The notes under the pieces: generated by a model
What the model was told of the DNA's origin: nothing
The model's input: the letters and a program-made list of their open reading frames with translations, nothing else
Databases searched by the model: none
Virus record (IMG/VR): IMGVR_UViG_3300019360_000008
Span: 18,883-82,882 of that record
Source of the DNA: a virus
DNA: 64,000 bases
Direction: 5' to 3' (one strand)
Shown here: positions 40,451 to 49,932 of the stretch, in pieces
Layout: every line of letters starts with the position of its first letter
How positions within the stretch are numbered: position 1 is the first letter of the stretch
Translations under genes and position numbers: made by a program

Positions 40451-40562
40451 TTGATATACGACTTGAACGACTGACACTCATCGAGCATCAAGATGAATTG
40501 ACACCGCCACCCGGATCTCCATTACTCGAACAAATCAACCATTAACGTAACTGATTAGCATT

Positions 40563-42026
40563 ATGTCCACACGTCTCCATATCGTAGGTGGCTCGCAAGG
40601 CGAAGCCAAGCGCGAGTTCTCTGTAGGCTTTTTCCATGATGGTGTCCGCTCCATCGGCCTCAACAAGAAGGTCTCCCACCAGTTCCGGTTTCTGCCGGCT
40701 TTTGACAACAACCGTTACCGCGAAACTGACGCGGAATACGCCACGTCCGTCCTGCCTTACCGGGATCGCAATCTCGCGGCGGACTCCACCGGCACGGAAG
40801 GTTTTACCTCCTGGTACTACATCTTCCGGGTCCACAACTTCCTTGGTCACGGTAACCGCTCGTATGTGTCGCCAATCACGGGGCACCAGGGCAACCCGAC
40901 CGGGGTCGATCCCATTCTTGACTGCTACATGCTGTGCAAGAAGAACGACGCGCTCAAGCACTTGATAGAGAAGCCCAAGAACAAGTCCGAAGGCTTCAAC
41001 GCCGTGATCACGTCCCCTAAGAGCATGCCGTTCTTCAACGTGCTCACCTGCGTCGATAAGCAGTGGGTCAACGCGATCATGTACTGCACGATCTCTGCCC
41101 TCGACGACCTCAAGGGTAAGCTCGCGTTACGTGCTGGTCGTAACGACGCAGTCATCAGCCCGGAATGGTCGGACTACATCTACGGCGACATCACTCACCC
41201 GACCCAAGGGCTCATGGCCACCAGCCGCATTGCCAAGGTCGGAACCAACATGATCGAGACCGCCTGTGTCTTCTTCTCCGAGAAGGATGGCGTTCTGACC
41301 GGCGCGCAAGCCGCGCCGCTTGATCCGACCACGCCGTTTGGTCAACAGGCGCTCCGTGGCCGGTACAACCTCCTTGATCCTGAACGTGTCATCAAGGTGG
41401 CGACTTATGAGGAGATCCTCGATTACATCATCAACGATGGGACCATACCGTACAACGTGATCGAGGCTGCCTGCTCGCCGCACGTGGCTCGTCTTCCGGC
41501 GCCTCCTCCGGCGGCCCGTATGGCCAACGCTGGCGTTCCGCCGAGCGATGATGACGTTCCTATGGGCAACACCCCTCCTGCGTTCGGTCGTCCGGCCGCA
41601 CCAGCATCCACGCAGCCGGCTTTAGCTCCTATCGGTTCAGGTATCGCCGGTTTCGCACCGACTCCGGCGGCTGCGGCCGCTCCGTTCCCCACTCAAACCG
41701 TCGTGGCTACTCCGGCTGCCACTCCGGTTTTCGCGACTCCCCCTGCGTTCGCACAGCCTGTCTCCAACACCCCGGCGTTCCCGGGTACGGTGACGGCGGG
41801 TCCTGGCCCACTTCCGACGTTCGCTGCTCCGGCTGCCGCCGCGGTCGCCGAACAGCCGCGCGTGAGTAATGCGCTCCAGACTACCGGTGGTCCCCTCTCT
41901 ACTGCCGAACAGGCTGAATATCTAGCCTTGGCTCAGGAGATGATCGCCAGTAACGGCAAGGCTTTGCCCGACGAAAAGATGCGTCGTATGGCTGAGCTGG
42001 GAATGCGTGTTAACGCCGTCTCCTAA
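40563..42026 (+). CDS. probable ssDNA-binding protein (gp32-like) with Pro/Ala-rich tail
   Basis: FRFLPA near the N-terminus, position between polA and recA, low-complexity C-terminal third. Confidence 0.5.
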   Translation: MSTRLHIVGGSQGEAKREFSVGFFHDGVRSIGLNKKVSHQFRFLPAFDNNRYRETDAEYATSVLPYRDRNLAADSTGTEGFTSWYYIFRVHNFLGHGNRSYVSPITGHQGNPTGVDPILDCYMLCKKNDALKHLIEKPKNKSEGFNAVITSPKSMPFFNVLTCVDKQWVNAIMYCTISALDDLKGKLALRAGRNDAVISPEWSDYIYGDITHPTQGLMATSRIAKVGTNMIETACVFFSEKDGVLTGAQAAPLDPTTPFGQQALRGRYNLLDPERVIKVATYEEILDYIINDGTIPYNVIEAACSPHVARLPAPPPAARMANAGVPPSDDDVPMGNTPPAFGRPAAPASTQPALAPIGSGIAGFAPTPAAAAAPFPTQTVVATPAATPVFATPPAFAQPVSNTPAFPGTVTAGPGPLPTFAAPAAAAVAEQPRVSNALQTTGGPLSTAEQAEYLALAQEMIASNGKALPDEKMRRMAELGMRVNAVS

Positions 42027-42034
42027 TCCTATGC

Positions 42035-42068
42035 GGGATGGCCTGGTAACTCGGGCCATCCCTCTTTC
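42035..42068 (+). terminator. intergenic hairpin (terminator or processing site)
   Basis: GGGATGGCC/GGCCATCCC stem followed by TCTTTC. Confidence 0.5.
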
Positions 42069-42072
42069 ATTT

Positions 42073-43374
42073 ATGGCCGAGAAGAAAACTAAGCCCAAGA
42101 AGCCTACACCTTCCTTCAGTTTGCTAGACGACGATACATTCGCCAATCGGACCAAGGAAGCCCTGATGAAGAGCCGCAAAAAGGGCACCACGGTCGATTC
42201 ATTGACCAACGTTCGTCGCGAGATCCTCAACCTCCCCCCGATTTACCTACAAGCCACGCTCAATAGCTTCGGCCTACAAACCAAGACGCTCGTCGACATC
42301 ATCGGGGCTGAGGGTATCGGTAAGACGACCCTCATGTTCACGATCTTCGGGTGGTCGATGCTTCAAGGCTCTCCGTGCTTCTACGTCGAAACCGAAGGTA
42401 AGGTAATCGACGAAGAGCGGGCCATGCGTTCGCTCAACACCGACAAGGCGCTGGCGAAGAAAATGTTCGACCGAATCAGCTTCGACCAATGCTTCGAGCT
42501 GCAGCAGGCGATAGACTCGATCTATGCTTGGGTGAAGCTCGTCCGCGACCCCAAGAGCGAGGTCTACGTCCCTCATCACATACCTGTAGTGGTGGGCCTA
42601 GATACGTTCTCAAAGCTGATGTCCGCCAGTGAGGCTGAAGGGCGACTGCTGTACAACGATCAGACCCTCAAGGGTAAGGAAGCAGACGCTAAAGATCTCG
42701 GCACAGGCTCAAACTTCGGGCATGCAAAGATCGCGCAAGCATGGTCTCGCCAGCTGCCCAACTGGCTGACGATGAACAACGTCATCCTGATACTCAACCG
42801 GCACCAAAACGACAAGGTCGATATGAACGCTGCTCCCGGTGCCTCCTTCGGTGGCGACGCTGCGGCGGGTTTCAACACCACGTCGATCGGCGGACGCGCG
42901 TTCAGTCAGAATGCCGCCCTACAGCTGATCCTGAGTCGCTACAAGTTTGCTACCAAGAAGGTGGGCGACGAGAACATCAAGATCGGCGTCGACGCCAAGA
43001 TCACCGTGTCGAAGAACTCGTACGGCCCCAACGGATTGGTGTGCTTCTACCGGATCAACCAGAGGAACGATGGCGATACGGACACGACGTTCGTGCCGGC
43101 CCTCTCGTTTGCCCCCTACACGTCCGAATGGCTGATGGGCAAGGGCATCCTGGAGATCTCGTCGAAGAACAAGAACTGTTACAGCTGTCGTGACCTCAAC
43201 CTGTTCGATGTTACCTGCGACGAGTTCTATGCCGCCCTACAGGCCAACGAGGAAGTGCTCAACCTCATCGGCACTCGGCTTCGGCTGAAGGGCTATGAGG
43301 TTGACGACAATCAACCCCCGGCACTCCCGGTTCCTGCTTCCGATGAAGAGATTCAACCAGCCGGCCAAAAGTAA
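42073..43374 (+). CDS. recA: RecA/UvsX-like recombinase
   Basis: Walker A GAEGIGKTT, YVETEG, Walker B VVGLDT, SIGGRA, VSKN. Confidence 0.85.
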   Translation: MAEKKTKPKKPTPSFSLLDDDTFANRTKEALMKSRKKGTTVDSLTNVRREILNLPPIYLQATLNSFGLQTKTLVDIIGAEGIGKTTLMFTIFGWSMLQGSPCFYVETEGKVIDEERAMRSLNTDKALAKKMFDRISFDQCFELQQAIDSIYAWVKLVRDPKSEVYVPHHIPVVVGLDTFSKLMSASEAEGRLLYNDQTLKGKEADAKDLGTGSNFGHAKIAQAWSRQLPNWLTMNNVILILNRHQNDKVDMNAAPGASFGGDAAAGFNTTSIGGRAFSQNAALQLILSRYKFATKKVGDENIKIGVDAKITVSKNSYGPNGLVCFYRINQRNDGDTDTTFVPALSFAPYTSEWLMGKGILEISSKNKNCYSCRDLNLFDVTCDEFYAALQANEEVLNLIGTRLRLKGYEVDDNQPPALPVPASDEEIQPAGQK

Positions 43375-43798
43375 CGAGTATCAGATCAAACAGATGCTTT
43401 GTGCTATTGCCAGGGTCAAGCCTATCCAGGTGGGTGGGCTTGGCCTTGACATGGAGCAGCTAGTTAATAACCTGGCTACAAGCTCGAATCTGAACCTACC
43501 TTGTGATGGCTCAGCTGTCGTGGTGGTAGATCACTACGTTCGGGCGCTCGTCGATCCGAAAGACCATACATCTCCGCTCGTCAACATGATGCGCGACCAG
43601 CCGGACTCTTATTTGCTGTTTGTGGATAACTACATTGCAGGCAAGGAAAGTCTGTTTCTCGGAAAGATGCTCCGCAGCAGTGATGAGATCCACAGCTGGG
43701 TACGGCACATGGACAAGCCTGAAATCATGGTCTATAGTTTGACCACCAGGGAGGGGATCATCGTGGCCCCTGTTAGCGCCCTGCTTAAGATCAAATGA
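43343..43798 (+). CDS. hypothetical protein
   Basis: 151 aa ORF overlapping the recA end. Confidence 0.55.
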   Translation: MKRFNQPAKSNEYQIKQMLCAIARVKPIQVGGLGLDMEQLVNNLATSSNLNLPCDGSAVVVVDHYVRALVDPKDHTSPLVNMMRDQPDSYLLFVDNYIAGKESLFLGKMLRSSDEIHSWVRHMDKPEIMVYSLTTREGIIVAPVSALLKIK

Positions 43799-44382
43799 GT
43801 TTTGACCTTTATATCACCAAGGAGCCATTTGATTTGTTGGGCGTTCCGGCCGGATTCCTTTGTTGGGCTCCCCACAATGTCGAGTACGGGGAGCTCAAAC
43901 GTAGGAAGTTCATCCGGATATTCAATTATGATCAACCCTGGCGGCACACTTGGGTCCCACGTACCTTTCTGCTTCATGTTCATCGCGTTGGCGAAGGGTA
44001 CCGCGGCGACGGGGGCTGGTTCGTAGCGATACAGGGCCGACTGTTACGGGGTGAGCCAAATGCGTTCTTGCAGCATCCTTGGGAAGATGGCGATGACAGG
44101 TTGGGTCCTATACCCTGGCGTTTTGGCTCCCGTGGAGAAGCAATTTACTATCTGTCTTGCCTTCCTTTTAGGGCGCATGCAAAAGTGAGTGTGTGCCAGA
44201 TGGTCGACAGCGTTTATACTATGGCTTCACGAACCCGTGCCGAACTAAGTGAACGATTCCCAGTACTTTTACCGCAGGTGCAGATCGACTTAGAAGAGGA
44301 AGCGAAAATTTCAAGTCGTGAACTACTTAGACGCGGCCGCTTACGAACAAGTCGGCTGTACTTCCCGAATAAGAAAAAATGA
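43795..44382 (+). CDS. hypothetical protein
   Basis: 195 aa with ATGA overlaps on both sides. Confidence 0.6.
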   Translation: MSFDLYITKEPFDLLGVPAGFLCWAPHNVEYGELKRRKFIRIFNYDQPWRHTWVPRTFLLHVHRVGEGYRGDGGWFVAIQGRLLRGEPNAFLQHPWEDGDDRLGPIPWRFGSRGEAIYYLSCLPFRAHAKVSVCQMVDSVYTMASRTRAELSERFPVLLPQVQIDLEEEAKISSRELLRRGRLRTSRLYFPNKKK

Positions 44383-46016
44383 GTATTGATATTTTCAATC
44401 AAGCGATGTCTTACCTCCCGGCGGCATTGCACAAGATGGGATACCAGACCCTACGGCCTGGTCAGGATCGGGTGGTGCTCAATCTGTTTGCCGGCAAGTC
44501 GGTATTTTGCATTTTACCCACCGGTCAGGGTAAGTCTGCTTGCTACATTATACCCACTATTTGCCTCAATTACCGAACTCTCATTTTTTCGCCCTTGATC
44601 TCGTTGATGCAAGATCAGGTCGAGGCACTGTGGCGTCTTGGCCTCAAGGCCGGACAGATCAGCAGTGGCCAGAGTGATGCTGAGAATCAGGCCGTCATAA
44701 CCCAATGGATGTCAGGGCAGCTGCAGTTCTTGCTGGTGGCACCTGAACGTATCGATAACGCTCAGTTCAGGCTGGCGATCGGTCACGTTCGTCCGGATAT
44801 GGTGGTCATTGACGAAGCTCACTGCTGCAGCCAGTGGGCGGATTCCTTCCGGCCGCACTACGCCCGCTTGGGTGAGTTCTGCAAGCTGGCGCGGCCCAAG
44901 AGCCTTCTGCTCCTGACGGCTACGGCCACCGATGACGTCGAACAAGATGTACGACGTATCCTGTGTGCTGAAGCGGCCGAGCGGGTGATTTACTATCCCA
45001 AGAGACGCAACCTTCTGCTCACAAGTCGTCCTTACACGGGCGATCCCGAACTGCTGCAGTTTGTCAACAACATCGATGGTTCGGTAATCGTATACTGTTC
45101 GACCGTGAAGCGCACCGAGGAGATGTACGGCGCCCTCGGGCATCACTGCAAAGGCCGGGCGCTGATCTACAACGGCTCCATGACCCCGGACGCGCGTACC
45201 ACCAACCAGACCATGTTCATGCGGGATGAGGTCAAGGTGATGTTTGCCACCAAGGCGTTTGGCCTGGGTATCAATAAACCAAATATCCGTGGTGTTGTTC
45301 ACCGCGACATTTCGGGCTCGGTCGATGACCTGGCTCAGGAGATGGGACGTGCTGGTCGCGACGGCCTGGAGAGCCAATGCCGGCTATTCTTCGATCCGAA
45401 GACATACGACACCCAGCAGTTCTTCATCAAGACGTCCTATCCGGAGGAACGTATGGTACGGGCGATGTTCAGTGCCATCAAGCGCAACCTCGACGCGGAT
45501 GGGATCTGCAAGGTCACCATCGGTGACCTTACCCAGCAGGCCGGCATGTACTCGGCATTCGGAGATGGCTGTATGGGTGTGCTGGCAGGTGCCGGGGTTA
45601 TTGACCGTAACTTCGACGCCGGTAAGATCGCAACGATCAGGCTCAGGAAGCCACACGCCGACGAGGAGTACAAGGCCGTGCAGGACGGAGCAGAGCTGAT
45701 CGGCACCCGCAAGGGCGAGGCAATCGAGTTTGACCTGGATGCCCTGGGAGAGAAGTTGAAACTTAAGGACAAGAAGCTCAAGGACATCCTCAAATCCTTA
45801 GACAAGGAAGGCTACATCAACTACATTGCCCCTTACCGCGGAAAGCCGACCCGAATCGTTGGCGACATCGACAAGGTTGACTTTAGGCGGCTCAAGGGTC
45901 GGTATGAATCAGGCATGGCCAAGCTCAGCCGGGTGATCGACTATCACGACTGCCCGGACCGCGACAAGCACACGTTCCTGCAGGAGTACTTTGGGGTCAA
46001 AGTCGACGAACAATGA
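44379..46016 (+). CDS. recQ: RecQ-family DNA helicase
   Basis: LRPGQ, LPTGQGKS, SPLISLMQDQV, DEAHC.SQW..FRP.Y, TATAT, AFGLGINKPNIR, QEMGRAGRDG. Confidence 0.93.
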   Translation: MSIDIFNQAMSYLPAALHKMGYQTLRPGQDRVVLNLFAGKSVFCILPTGQGKSACYIIPTICLNYRTLIFSPLISLMQDQVEALWRLGLKAGQISSGQSDAENQAVITQWMSGQLQFLLVAPERIDNAQFRLAIGHVRPDMVVIDEAHCCSQWADSFRPHYARLGEFCKLARPKSLLLLTATATDDVEQDVRRILCAEAAERVIYYPKRRNLLLTSRPYTGDPELLQFVNNIDGSVIVYCSTVKRTEEMYGALGHHCKGRALIYNGSMTPDARTTNQTMFMRDEVKVMFATKAFGLGINKPNIRGVVHRDISGSVDDLAQEMGRAGRDGLESQCRLFFDPKTYDTQQFFIKTSYPEERMVRAMFSAIKRNLDADGICKVTIGDLTQQAGMYSAFGDGCMGVLAGAGVIDRNFDAGKIATIRLRKPHADEEYKAVQDGAELIGTRKGEAIEFDLDALGEKLKLKDKKLKDILKSLDKEGYINYIAPYRGKPTRIVGDIDKVDFRRLKGRYESGMAKLSRVIDYHDCPDRDKHTFLQEYFGVKVDEQ

Positions 46017-46414
46017 AGCCGTTGTTACAGCTCAAGGACCTGGTGGATAAGCTGCCGGCCGTCAAGCCAGCAAAGCCCGCGACCATTCAACCGCCAGCCG
46101 GCATGAACCATTGTGCTTGTGGCAAGAAGTTCATACCGATTGGGGAGATCAAGATCGTCAAGACTCCGCACTGTACGGCCATTGACACAATGTGCCGGGA
46201 GTGCCGTCAGCAGTGCTCCAAGCATTCGCTGATCGTGTGCGTCCGCTGCAAGTCAGTGGCCGCCAAGCTTGCGCCGCACCGTGACAACAGCGGGTTCGTC
46301 TTTGAGCCCGGCAAGCCGTATCACACGCCGTTCTGCCCTAACTGTGTGCAGGACTGCGTAACCTCCCCGATTGCCGAGAAGGCGATCTGGGATCAAGATC
46401 AAAAACGAAAATGA
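46013..46414 (+). CDS. Cys-rich zinc-finger protein
   Basis: CxC, CRECxxxC, CVRC, CPNC. Confidence 0.65.
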   Translation: MKPLLQLKDLVDKLPAVKPAKPATIQPPAGMNHCACGKKFIPIGEIKIVKTPHCTAIDTMCRECRQQCSKHSLIVCVRCKSVAAKLAPHRDNSGFVFEPGKPYHTPFCPNCVQDCVTSPIAEKAIWDQDQKRK

Positions 46415-46620
46415 GTATTATCACATTGACCGTCTTTGGCGGTGGGTTTCTCGCCGGCTTTGTAGTTGGTGTATTGGCGGCAGAATGTGGCAAGGTCAAG
46501 TCTTCCGACTTGACTGCAGCCACGGATGCTGCGATTAGTAAAGCTAAGTTAGCAGTCAATTATTTGAAGAATTATGAGTACCGAAGTCAAAACCAAGACA
46601 GTAATGTCCCCAAAGCCTAA
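46411..46620 (+). CDS. small membrane protein
   Basis: N-terminal hydrophobic Gly-rich helix; ATGA overlap. Confidence 0.5.
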   Translation: MSIITLTVFGGGFLAGFVVGVLAAECGKVKSSDLTAATDAAISKAKLAVNYLKNYEYRSQNQDSNVPKA

Positions 46621-47131
46621 GTTGACCTCCAAGGTCATACAGGCTATCGCCATCAAGCCTTCACCGGTCCCCGATAAGGACGGAGAGGATAATGTGGTGT
46701 TCAAGATTTGCTATGTTTCCGCCAGCGGCAAGCAACAACTGCAGGTTTGCTCAAAAGCGGTCTACCAGGCTATCGAGACCCAGCGTCTTACGTTCGATCA
46801 TAAGAACAACTTTCGACTCCGCCTCGGCGCTGACGACACCGTTACGTCGATCGACAAGTACCCAAAACCGGAGCTCAACAGCGTCTTCAAGACGTCCGGT
46901 GAGGAAGGTGAAGACCGGGGTCTGGTGTTTCAACGGCACAAGGATAAGAGCTTCTCGCTCAAATCCCAACCGGCTGACGTGGTGCCGGCCGTGGTCGACG
47001 AGGTTCTCCAGCTGCTCCACGAAAATCCTGATGTGGACGACGGCGATTATCTCGATGGCCGATTCGTTGTCACCGGCATCACCAAAAAGGGAGGAGCTGA
47101 GATGATCTACGTGAATCCCGAGGCCAAGTAA
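46574..47131 (+). CDS. hypothetical protein
   Basis: 185 aa ORF. Confidence 0.6.
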   Translation: MSTEVKTKTVMSPKPKLTSKVIQAIAIKPSPVPDKDGEDNVVFKICYVSASGKQQLQVCSKAVYQAIETQRLTFDHKNNFRLRLGADDTVTSIDKYPKPELNSVFKTSGEEGEDRGLVFQRHKDKSFSLKSQPADVVPAVVDEVLQLLHENPDVDDGDYLDGRFVVTGITKKGGAEMIYVNPEAK

Positions 47132-47144
47132 GTCGTACGCGAGT

Positions 47145-47507
47145 ATGGCAAGGATGCCATTCTTTCTGCATGTTACCATGAACAAACACACTACACCGGT
47201 ACAGAAAGTAGATTCAGTTCCGACCGTAACGCTCGTAGTTACGTCCCCCGAAGGACATGTACAGGGTTTCTTGAGCGGCGAATCGTCGTCGATGGCGACC
47301 CTGTTGTCTACCGTGGTCGCAGATAACCTACAGGTAAAAGTCGTCACCAGCAGCTTCCTCCAACCCGGTCAGACCGTATACGAGGTAGACCGGGAATTCG
47401 CCATGCTCTCTCGGGCGAATCTCACGTTCCTAAACTGGTCGACAATTGTCGCTCTCGACGATAATTTACCCAGCGGCTCGAAACTATTCTTCGTTGTCAG
47501 CTATTGA
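47145..47507 (+). CDS. hypothetical protein
   Basis: 120 aa; start may be the downstream ATG. Confidence 0.55.
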   Translation: MARMPFFLHVTMNKHTTPVQKVDSVPTVTLVVTSPEGHVQGFLSGESSSMATLLSTVVADNLQVKVVTSSFLQPGQTVYEVDREFAMLSRANLTFLNWSTIVALDDNLPSGSKLFFVVSY

Positions 47508-47532
47508 CAGGGCGAGCAACCTCGGGCAAAAT
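47504..47532 (+). promoter_or_regulatory. promoter TTGACA-17-CAAAAT
   Basis: Perfect -35; ATG at 47542. Confidence 0.6.
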
Positions 47533-47541
47533 AACGCAACT

Positions 47542-48387
47542 ATGATTGTCAAAAACGTCTCTGGTTCTACCCAGTACATTGCCATTGGTCAGCGCGGCGG
47601 CCGTGGTTCTCGCTATTCCCGGGGTCGCGAACTCGCCAACAATGCTACCGCTTCGTTCGACGACAGTCCAAAAGCGATCTCTGACGCACGCGCCCTCGCG
47701 GTACGCGGTCTCATTCAGATCGTTTCCGGCCCTGACGCCAATTCCGAGGACGGAAGCGTCAAGATCCCCGCTAGCGGCTCTATAACCCTTTCCGCGACTG
47801 GCCCTTCCAACGGCGACTACGTCATACTGAACAGCGTTAAGTTCCAATGGGCGGCCAGCGCGACCGGCCTCGCCACTGGCGTCGTCTGGGCCGGTGCGGG
47901 CGCGGCTGGCGGCACTGCTGCTGGCACTCTCCGCACTGCGGTCAATGGCCACGCCACCGTCGGCGTCAAACTCGGCAGTACCATTACCGTCGGGACCGCC
48001 TCTGTCATCCCGGTGACCGCGTCTGCCGGTAGCGATGTTACTGTGGGCGCCAATTACGCCATGACAAAGTCTGGCGCACAGATCACCCTCAGTGGTGCGA
48101 CCCTCGCGGATGGTACCAAGGGTAAGATCAAGGAATCGGTCGAACTCACCTATACGGTGACGGCCGGTGACGTGACTGCCGCAAAGTGGTTTATCCCCAC
48201 GGGCATCCTTTCAACGCCGAGCAACTGGGTTGTCCAGTGCCGTACGTCGGCGGGCTTCATCAAGGCAACCGACGATGTCGTGTTTGTGTTTGACTCCGTC
48301 ACGAAGGGCAACCTTTTGGTGGACAATAGCGCAAGCAGCATCCTGGTGGCAGGCGACATCCTCACGATTCACGTGTTGGGTGCATAA
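47542..48387 (+). CDS. probable virion structural protein (decoration/fibre-like)
   Basis: 281 aa, Gly/Ala/Thr-rich beta-type composition. Confidence 0.55.
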   Translation: MIVKNVSGSTQYIAIGQRGGRGSRYSRGRELANNATASFDDSPKAISDARALAVRGLIQIVSGPDANSEDGSVKIPASGSITLSATGPSNGDYVILNSVKFQWAASATGLATGVVWAGAGAAGGTAAGTLRTAVNGHATVGVKLGSTITVGTASVIPVTASAGSDVTVGANYAMTKSGAQITLSGATLADGTKGKIKESVELTYTVTAGDVTAAKWFIPTGILSTPSNWVVQCRTSAGFIKATDDVVFVFDSVTKGNLLVDNSASSILVAGDILTIHVLGA

Positions 48388-48409
48388 CAGACTTCAACTA
48401 AATCCGACT

Positions 48410-48619
48410 ATGTCTACTGAACTCACTGAAAAACAGGCCAGCGATCTGCTTAATGCAAACCGCTTGGGCTTCATCAGCCAGTGCATTGGTGCCGGCAAGA
48501 CCCCCGACGACGCGAACGTCCTGTACAAGCAGGCTTCCGAACGCCTGGATCGCCGGACGAAACTTGCGCAGACAATCATGGACAGCCTCGAACCCGAAGC
48601 TGTTGCACCGGCCAAGTAA
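48410..48619 (+). CDS. 69-aa K-x-A protein
   Basis: EKQAS, YKQAS, TKLAQ. Confidence 0.6.
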   Translation: MSTELTEKQASDLLNANRLGFISQCIGAGKTPDDANVLYKQASERLDRRTKLAQTIMDSLEPEAVAPAK

Positions 48620-48648
48620 CCGGCCAAGTAACCGGCCAAGTAACCGGC
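48607..48648. repeat. 12-bp tandem repeat ACCGGCCAAGTA x3.5
   Basis: Exact copies spanning the stop codon. Confidence 0.9.
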
Positions 48649-48660
48649 TGCAATCTCATC

Positions 48661-48696
48661 GAGGCGGCGACAGCAATGTCGCCGCCTTTTTCGTTT
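48661..48696 (+). terminator. rho-independent terminator
   Basis: GAGGCGGCGAC/GTCGCCGCCTT stem plus T run. Confidence 0.8.
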
Positions 48697-48728
48697 GCGT
48701 TGACCATCAATAGGTGCGAAAGGTAGTT

Positions 48729-49274
48729 ATGCTCGTTTCATTTGCAGCAGCCCTGCAGCAGGCTAAGGCGGCCAACCGATGGTCCTTTACCACGATGGCA
48801 AAGCTTTGCAGGGTAGGAGCATCCACCATGCACCGTTGGGTCGCTGGTACTACTACGCCCGGGCTGCGCGTTATTGTGTCCTCATGTCAGGTTCTTGGTA
48901 TCAATCCCGAACTGGTGGCCGACAGCTTAACGCCCAAGTATCACGAGGAGATAATTTCATTGGACGCGCTGCAGTCCCGGTATCGGGAGCAATTTGCGTT
49001 CGATCCTAAGATTGGCAACCAGACCGTTACCTTGGCGGCTGTCGTCGCGTACAATCGAGCTTTCGAGCTTGGACTGATGAGTTCCTTGCACATTAGTCCA
49101 GATGGAGTGATCACCATCAACCCGGCGGCTCCAGACTGTGCCGGGTACAGGCTACAGATCGCCGTACAGAATGGCAGCCTGGTGGTCATAGTTGAGACCA
49201 ACAGCGACCAAGTACTTTCGACCGAAATATTGTCAGACGGCGCCCTCAAGACTGCCGTAGGTATGATCTTATGA
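48729..49274 (+). CDS. XRE/Cro-type helix-turn-helix protein
   Basis: WSFTTMAKLCRVGASTMHRWVAGTTTP. Confidence 0.75.
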   Translation: MLVSFAAALQQAKAANRWSFTTMAKLCRVGASTMHRWVAGTTTPGLRVIVSSCQVLGINPELVADSLTPKYHEEIISLDALQSRYREQFAFDPKIGNQTVTLAAVVAYNRAFELGLMSSLHISPDGVITINPAAPDCAGYRLQIAVQNGSLVVIVETNSDQVLSTEILSDGALKTAVGMIL

Positions 49275-49750
49275 GCGAACCAACCAAAGATGACTCCGGC
49301 GTACCTTTCGGCGATATACCCGAGGCTATTCAGCGTCAGCGCGCGACCACTCGTGCCCTTTTGGCCGGCGCACGAAAGAACGTCAAGACCGGTAAGGTGG
49401 CAAAGCCTGCACGTCCAGTCGTTACTGAATCAGCCGCCAACCCGAATGACGCCCCCGACACGGAGGTTGTACCTGCCGCGCCTAAGCCGGCTGTCGGCAA
49501 GTGGATTCGCAAGACCATAACGCTGGAGCACGCCCTGATCTCGTTTGAACTGGAGATCCTGGAACACTCCGTAACCAACCGATTTCTAACCGTCATTTTC
49601 GAGAAATCCGTCAAGATGCCAGACCCGGCCGAGCCTACCAGGTTTAGGCTGCATATAGCCGGCCGGACCTATTCGGTTGAGCACATGGGAATTAACTTTG
49701 AGATTCCATCCCTTGGCCTTCGTGGTGTATCTTTCTTGTTGGTAGAGTAA
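49271..49750 (+). CDS. hypothetical protein
   Basis: 159 aa with ATGA overlap. Confidence 0.6.
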   Translation: MSEPTKDDSGVPFGDIPEAIQRQRATTRALLAGARKNVKTGKVAKPARPVVTESAANPNDAPDTEVVPAAPKPAVGKWIRKTITLEHALISFELEILEHSVTNRFLTVIFEKSVKMPDPAEPTRFRLHIAGRTYSVEHMGINFEIPSLGLRGVSFLLVE

Positions 49751-49755
49751 TCGAA

Positions 49756-49932
49756 ATGATCAAGCACGCAAAAGTCGAGGTCGGTAAGACCCCATCCGAA
49801 GTATCCGGTAAGCCCTCTACCCGTGTGGTTGAGGGAGTACCTCTGGCTGACGGCGAACAACTACCTGAGAAACGTCTTGAAAAATCGTCGGTTTTGACCG
49901 ACCATACGGACTGTGCCAAGTCTCGGCAATGA
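49756..49932 (+). CDS. 58-aa hypothetical protein
   Basis: MIKHAKVEVGKTPSEVSGKP...; fills the gap before the portal-like gene. Confidence 0.45.
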   Translation: MIKHAKVEVGKTPSEVSGKPSTRVVEGVPLADGEQLPEKRLEKSSVLTDHTDCAKSRQ

